Shown here one piece after another: positions 56,901 to 64,000 of a stretch of 64,000 bases of DNA (the first letter of the stretch is position 1; every line of letters begins with the position of its first letter). This DNA is from Eledone cirrhosa. Taxonomy: Eukaryota. The stretch lies in the NCBI GenBank assembly GCA_964016885.1, contig OZ024741.1:401078001-401142000 (forward strand), read 5' to 3'. A program made the translations under genes and the position numbers. The notes beneath the pieces are model-generated. The model was not told where the DNA came from. It saw only the letters and a list, made by a program, of their open reading frames with translations, and did not search any database.

Positions 56901-59900
56901 TATTATAACAATATGAGCCTACCCAAACAGTGAGTGTGTTTTACTATTTTTGCTAATATTATAACAATATGTCCCTCCTCAAACAGTGAGTGTGTTTTAC
57001 TATTTTTGGCAATATTATAACAATATGACCCTCCCCAGACAGTGAGTGTGTTTTAGTATTTTTGGCAATATTATAACAATATAACCCTCCCCAAACAGTG
57101 AGTGTGTTTTACTATTTTTGGCAATATTATAACAATAGGACCCTCCCCAAACAGTGAGTCTGTTTTACTATTTTTGGCAATATTATAACAATATGACACT
57201 CCCGAAAGAGTGAGTGTGCTTTACTATTTTGGGCAATATTATAACAATATGACTCTCCTTAAACAGTGAGTGTGTTTTACTATTTTTTGCAATATTAGGG
57301 CAACATGACCCTCCCCAAACAGTGAGTGTCTTTTACTATTTTTGGCAATATTATAACAATATGACCCTCCCCAATCAGTGAGTGTGTTTAACTATTTATT
57401 GCAATATAATAACAATATGACCCTCCACAAACAGTGAGTGTGTTTTAGTATTTTTGGCAATATTATAACAATGTGACCCTCCCCAATCAGTGAGTGTGTT
57501 TAACTATTTATTGCAATATAACAACAATATGACCCTCCACAAACAGTGAGTGTGTTTTAGTATTTTTGGCAATATTATAATAATATGACGCTACCCAAAC
57601 AGTGAGTGTGTTTTACTATTTTTGGCAATATTATAACAATATGACCCTCCCCAAACAGTGAGTTTGTTTTACTATTTTTGGCAATATTATAACAGTATGT
57701 CCCTCCCCAAACAGTGAGTGTGTTTAACTATTTTTTGCAATATAATAACAATAAGACCCTCCCCAAACAGTGAGTGTGTTTTACTATTTTTGGCAATATT
57801 ATAACAATATGACCCTCCCCAAACAGTGAGTGTGTTTACTATTTTTGGCAATATTATAACAATATGACCCTACCCAAAAAGGGAGTGTGTTTTACTTGTT
57901 TTCGCAATATTATAATAATATGACTCTCCCCAAACAGTGAGTGTGTTTTACTATTTTTGGCAATATTATAACAATATGACCCTCCCCAAACAGTGAGTGT
58001 GTTTTAATATTTTTCGCAATATTATAACAATATGACTCTCCCCAAACAGTGAGTGTGTTTTAGTATTTTTGGCAATATTATAACAACATGACCCTCCCCA
58101 AACAGTGAGTGTGTTTTACTATTTTTAGTAATATTATAATAAAATGACCTTACACAAACAGTGAGTGTGATTTACTATTTTTGGCAATATTATAAACATA
58201 TGACCCTCCCCAAACAGAGAGTGTGTTTTAATATTTTTGGCAACATTATAACAATATGTCCCTACACAAACAGTGAGTGTGTTTTACTATTTTTGGCAAT
58301 ATTATAACCATATGACCCTCCCCAAACAGTGAGTGTGTTTTAGTATTTTTGGCAATATTATAACAATATTACCCTCCCCAAACAGTGAGTGTGTTTTACT
58401 ATTTTTGGCAATATTATAACAATATGAGCCTACCCAAACAGTGAGTGTGTTTTACTATTGTTGGTAATATTATAACAATATGACCCTCCCAAAACAGTGA
58501 GTGTGTTTTACTATTTTTGGCAATATTATAACAATATGACTCTCCTTAAACAGTGAGTGTGTTTTACTATTTTTGGCAATATTATGACAATATGACCCTA
58601 CCCAAACAGTGAGTGTGTTTGACTATTTTTGCAATATTATAACAATATGACCCTCCCCAAACAGTGTGTGTATTTTACTTGTTTTCACAATATTATAACA
58701 ATATGACTCTCCCCAAACAGTGAGTGTGTTTTAGTATTTTTGGCAATATTATAACAATATGACCCTCCCAAAATAGTGAGTGTGTTTTACTATTTTTAGT
58801 AATATTATAATAAAATCACCTTACATAAACAGTGAGTGTGATTTACTATTTTTGGCAATATTATAAACATATGACCCTTCCCAAACAGTGAGTTTGTTTT
58901 ACTATTTTTGGCAATATTATAACAATATGACCCTCCCCAAACAGTGAGTGTGTTTTACTATTTTTGGCAATATTATAACAATATGAGCCTACCCAAACAG
59001 TGAGTGTGTTTTACTATTTTTGGTAATATTATAACAATATGTCCCTACACAAACAGTGAGTGTGTTTTACTATTTGTGGCAATATTATAACCATATGACC
59101 CTCCCCAGACAGTGAGTGTGTTTTAGTATTTTTGGCAATATTATAACAATATAACCCTCCCCAAACAGTGAGTGTGTTTTACTATTTTTGGCAATATTAT
59201 AACAATAGGACCCTCCCCAAACAGTGAGTCTGTTTTACTATTTTTGGCAATATTATAACAATATGACACTCCCGAAAGAGTGAGTGTGCTTTACTATTTT
59301 GGGCAATATTATAACAATATGACTCTCCTTAAACAGTGAGTGTGTTTTACTATTTTTTGCAATATTAGGGCAACATGACCCTCCCCAAACAGTGAGTGTC
59401 TTTTACTATTTTTGGCAATATTATAACAATATGACCCTCCCCAATCAGTGAGTGTGTTTAACTATTTATTGCAATATAATAACAATATGACCCTCCACAA
59501 ACAGTGAGTGTGTTTTAGTATTTTTGGCAATATTATAACAATGTGACCCTCCCCAATCAGTGAGTGTGTTTAACTATTTATTGCAATATAACAACAATAT
59601 GACCCTCCACAAACAGTGAGTGTGTTTTAGTATTTTTGGCAATATTATAATAATATGACGCTACCCAAACAGTGAGTGTGTTTTACTATTTTTGGCAATA
59701 TTATAACAATATGACCCTCCCCAAACAGTGAGTTTGTTTTACTATTTTTGGCAATATTATAACAGTATGTCCCTCCCCAAACAGTGAGTGTGTTTAACTA
59801 TTTTTTGCAATATAATAACAATAAGACCCTCCCCAAACAGTGAGTGTGTTTTACTATTTTTGGCAATATTATAACAATATGACCCTCCCCAAACAGTGAG

Positions 59901-62900
59901 TGTGTTTACTATTTTTGGCAATATTATAACAATATGACCCTACCCAAAAAGGGAGTGTGTTTTACTTGTTTTCGCAATATTATAATAATATGACTCTCCC
60001 CAAACAGTGAGTGTGTTTTACTATTTTTGGCAATATTATAACAATATGACCCTCCCCAAACAGTGAGTGTGTTTTAATATTTTTCGCAATATTATAACAA
60101 TATGACTCTCCCCAAACAGTGAGTGTGTTTTAGTATTTTTGGCAATATTATAACAACATGACCCTCCCCAAACAGTGAGTGTGTTTTACTATTTTTAGTA
60201 ATATTATAATAAAATGACCTTACACAAACAGTGAGTGTGATTTACTATTTTTGGCAATATTATAAACATATGACCCTCCCCAAACAGAGAGTGTGTTTTA
60301 ATATTTTTGGCAACATTATAACAATATGTCCCTACACAAACAGTGAGTGTGTTTTACTATTTTTGGCAATATTATAACCATATGACCTTCCCAAACAGTG
60401 AGTGTGTTTTAGTATTTTTGGCAATATTATAACAATATTACCCTCCCCAAACAGTGAGTGTGTTTTACTATTTTTGGCAATATTATAACAATATGAGCCT
60501 ACCCAAACAGTGAGTGTGTTTTACTATTGTTGGTAATATTATAACAATATGACCCTCCCAAAACAGTGAGTGTGTTTTACTATTTTTGGCAATATTATAA
60601 CAATATGACTCTCCTTAAACAGTGAGTGTGTTTTACTATTTTTGGCAATATTATGACAATATGACCCTACCCAAACAGTGAGTGTGTTTGACTATTTTTG
60701 CAATATTATAACAATATGACCCTCCCCAAACAGTGTGTGTATTTTACTTGTTTTCACAATATTATAACAATATGACTCTCCCCAAACAGTGAGTGTGTTT
60801 TAGTATTTTTGGCAATATTATAACAATATGACCCTCCCAAAATAGTGAGTGTGTTTTACTATTTTTAGTAATATTATAATAAAATCACCTTACATAAACA
60901 GTGAGTGTGATTTACTATTTTTGGCAATATTATAAACATATGACCCTTCCCAAACAGTGAGTTTGTTTTACTATTTTTGGCAATATTATAACAATATGAC
61001 CCTCCCCAAACAGTGAGTGTGTTTTACTATTTTTGGCAATATTATAACAATATGAGCCTACCCAAACAGTGAGTGTGTTTTACTATTTTTGGTAATATTA
61101 TAACAATATGTCCCTACACAAACAGTGAGTGTGTTTTACTATTTGTGGCAATATTATAACCATATGACCCTCCCCAAACAGTGAGTTTGTTTTACTATTT
61201 TTGGCAATATTATAACAATATGACCCTCCCCAAACAGTGAGTGTGTTTTACTATTTTTGGCAATATTATAACAATATGAGCCTACCCAAACAGTGAGTGT
61301 GTTTTACTATTTTTGCTAATATTATAACAATATGTCCCTCCTCAAACAGTGAGTGTGTTTTACTATTTTTGGCAATATTATAACAATATGACCCTCCCCA
61401 GACAGTGAGTGTGTTTTAGTATTTTTGGCAATATTATAACAATATAACCCTCCCCAAACAGTGAGTGTGTTTTACTATTTTTGGCAATATTATAACAATA
61501 GGACCCTCCCCAAACAGTGAGTCTGTTTTACTATTTTTGGCAATATTATAACAATATGACACTCCCGAAAGAGTGAGTGTGCTTTACTATTTTGGGCAAT
61601 ATTATAACAATATGACTCTCCTTAAACAGTGAGTGTGTTTTACTATTTTTTGCAATATTAGGGCAACATGACCCTCCCCAAACAGTGAGTGTCTTTTACT
61701 ATTTTTGGCAATATTATAACAATATGACCCTCCCCAATCAGTGAGTGTGTTTAACTATTTATTGCAATATAATAACAATATGACCCTCCACAAACAGTGA
61801 GTGTGTTTTAGTATTTTTGGCAATATTATAACAATGTGACCCTCCCCAATCAGTGAGTGTGTTTAACTATTTATTGCAATATAACAACAATATGACCCTC
61901 CACAAACAGTGAGTGTGTTTTAGTATTTTTGGCAATATTATAATAATATGACGCTACCCAAACAGTGAGTGTGTTTTACTATTTTTGGCAATATTATAAC
62001 AATATGACCCTCCCCAAACAGTGAGTTTGTTTTACTATTTTTGGCAATATTATAACAGTATGTCCCTCCCCAAACAGTGAGTGTGTTTAACTATTTTTTG
62101 CAATATAATAACAATAAGACCCTCCCCAAACAGTGAGTGTGTTTTACTATTTTTGGCAATATTATAACAATATGACCCTCCCCAAACGGTGAGTGTGTTT
62201 TACTATTTTTGGTTATATTATAACAATATGACTCTCCCCAAACAGTGAGTGTGTTTTACTATTTTTGGCAATATTATAACAGTATGACCCTCCCCAAACA
62301 GTGTGTGTGTTTAACTATTTTTTGCAATATAATAACAATAAGACCCTCCCCAAACAGTGAGTGTGTTTTACTATTTTTGGCAATATTATAACAATATGAC
62401 CCTACCCAAACAGTGAGTGTGTTTTACTATTTTTGGCAATATAATAACAATATGACCCTCCCCAAACATTGAGTGTGTTTTATTATTTTTTGCAATATTA
62501 TAACAATATGACCCTCCCCAGACAGTGAGTGTGTTTTACTATTTTTGGCAATATTATAACAATATGACTCTCCTTAAACAGTGAGTGTGTTTTACTATTT
62601 TTGGCAATATTATGACAATATGACCCTACACAAACAGTGAGTGTTTTTTACTATTTTTGGTAATATTATAACAATATGACCCTCCCAAAACTGAGTGTGT
62701 TTTACTATTTTTGGCAATATTATAACAATATGACTCTCCTTAAACAGTGAGTGTGTTTTACTATTTTTGGCAATATTATGACAATATGACCCTACACAAA
62801 CAGTGAGTGTGTTTGACTATTTTTGGCAATATTATAACAATATGATCCTCCCCAAACAGTGTGTGTGTTTTACTTGTTTTCGCAATATTATAATAATATG

Positions 62901-63910
62901 ACTCTCCCCAAACAGTGAGTGTGTTTTACAATTTTTGGCGATATTATAACAATATGACCCTCCCCAAACAGTGAGTGTGTTTTACTATTTTGGGAAATAT
63001 TATAACCATATCACCCTCCCCAAACAGTGAGTGTGTTTTACTATTTTTCACAATATTATAACAATATGACTCTCCCCAAACAGTGAGTGTGTTTTAGTAT
63101 TTTTGGCAATATTATAAGAATATGACCCTCCCAAAATAGTGAGTGTGTTTTACTATTTTTAGTAATATTATAATAAAATCACCTTACATAAACAGTGAGT
63201 GTGATTTACTATTTTTGGCAATATTATAAACATATGACCCTCCCCAAACAGTGAGTTTGTTTTACTATTTTTGGCAATATTATAACAATATGACGCTCCC
63301 CAAACAGTGAGTGTGTTTTACTATTTTTGGTAATATTATAACAATATGTCCCTACACAAACAGTGAGTGTGTTTTACTATTTGTTGCAATATTATAACCA
63401 TATGACCCTCCCCAAACAGTGAGTTTGTTTTACTATTTTTGGCAATATTATAACAATATGACCCTCTCCAAAGAGTGAGTGTGTTTTACTATTTTTGGCA
63501 ATATTATAACAATATGAGCCTACCCAAACAGTGAGTGTGTTTTACTACTTTTGCTAATATTATAACAATATGTCCCTCCTCAAACAGTGAGTGTGTTTTA
63601 CTATTTTTCGCAATATTATAACAATATGACCCTCCCCAGACTGTGAGTGTGTTTTAGTATTTTTGGCAATATTATAACAATATGACCCTCCCCAAACAGT
63701 GAGTGTGTTTTACTATTTGTGGCAATATTATAACAATATGACCCTCCCCAAACAGTCAGTGTGTTTTACTATTTTTGGCAATATTATAACAATATGACCC
63801 TCCCCAGACAGTGAGTGTGTTTTACTATTTTTGGCAATATTATAACAATATGACCCTCCCGAAACAGTGAGTGTGCTTTACTATTTTTGGTTATATTATA
63901 ACAATATGAC
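50930..63910 (+). repeat. Distal higher-order domain arranged A-B-A-A'-A-B (A about 41 monomers, A' 37 monomers)
   Basis: A markers: ACCCAAAAAGGGAG at 50991, 55578, 57872, 59942 and CCCGAAAGAG at 52501, 57201, 59271, 61564. B markers: CCCAAAACTGAG at 53621/62684 and TTTGGCGATA at 53871/62934 (offset 9063). Confidence 0.9.
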
Positions 63911-64000
63911 GCTACCCAAACAGTGAGTGTGTTTTACTATTTTTGGCAATATTATAACAATATGACCCTCCCCAAACAGTGAGTTTGTTTTACTATTTTT

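Larger units (their letters stand above)
1..64000 (+). repeat. 56-bp-monomer tandem satellite array, about 1,140 head-to-tail copies, running off both window ends
   Basis: The monomer AAACAGTGAGTGTGTTTTACTATTTTTGGCAATATTATAACAATATGACCCTCCCC recurs every 56 bp throughout (exact copy 7654-7709). Most copies differ by a few substitutions, and indels are rare. No interruption or orientation switch seen. Confidence 0.99.

Noticed and set aside
1-64000. CRISPR array or other repeat-spacer system
   Set aside because: All 56 positions of the unit are conserved between copies. There are no unique spacers, no leader and no cas or other genes.
1-64000. Embedded transposon, inversion, tRNA/rRNA or unique insert
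   Set aside because: None seen on reading through. The largest departure from the monomer is an approximately 8-bp deletion near position 65. A very short insert could have been missed by eye.

Overview
The whole 64 kb window is one uninterrupted, head-to-tail satellite DNA array in a single orientation. The monomer is 56 bp (consensus AAACAGTGAGTGTGTTTTACTATTTTTGGCAATATTATAACAATATGACCCTCCCC, 19/56 = 34% GC, no CpG; a clean copy sits at 7654-7709), giving roughly 1,140 copies. By eye I found no unique sequence, inversion, transposon, RNA gene, CRISPR spacer or credible gene. The listed ORFs arise from particular runs of variant monomers. The real information is in the variants: diagnostic monomer types recur in fixed orders and reveal nested tandem duplications whose periods are near-exact multiples of 56 (2, 9, 15, 24, 26, 30, 31-35, 39/40, 41, 71 and about 82 monomers). 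They also show regional zonation, a more degenerate 5' end, and variant pairs that look like CpG decay. This is most consistent with eukaryotic (peri)centromeric, subtelomeric or other heterochromatic satellite. I cannot identify the organism or satellite family, and I see no evidence of a new protein-based system. Duplication offsets were counted by hand from marker variants, so block boundaries are approximate (about one monomer).
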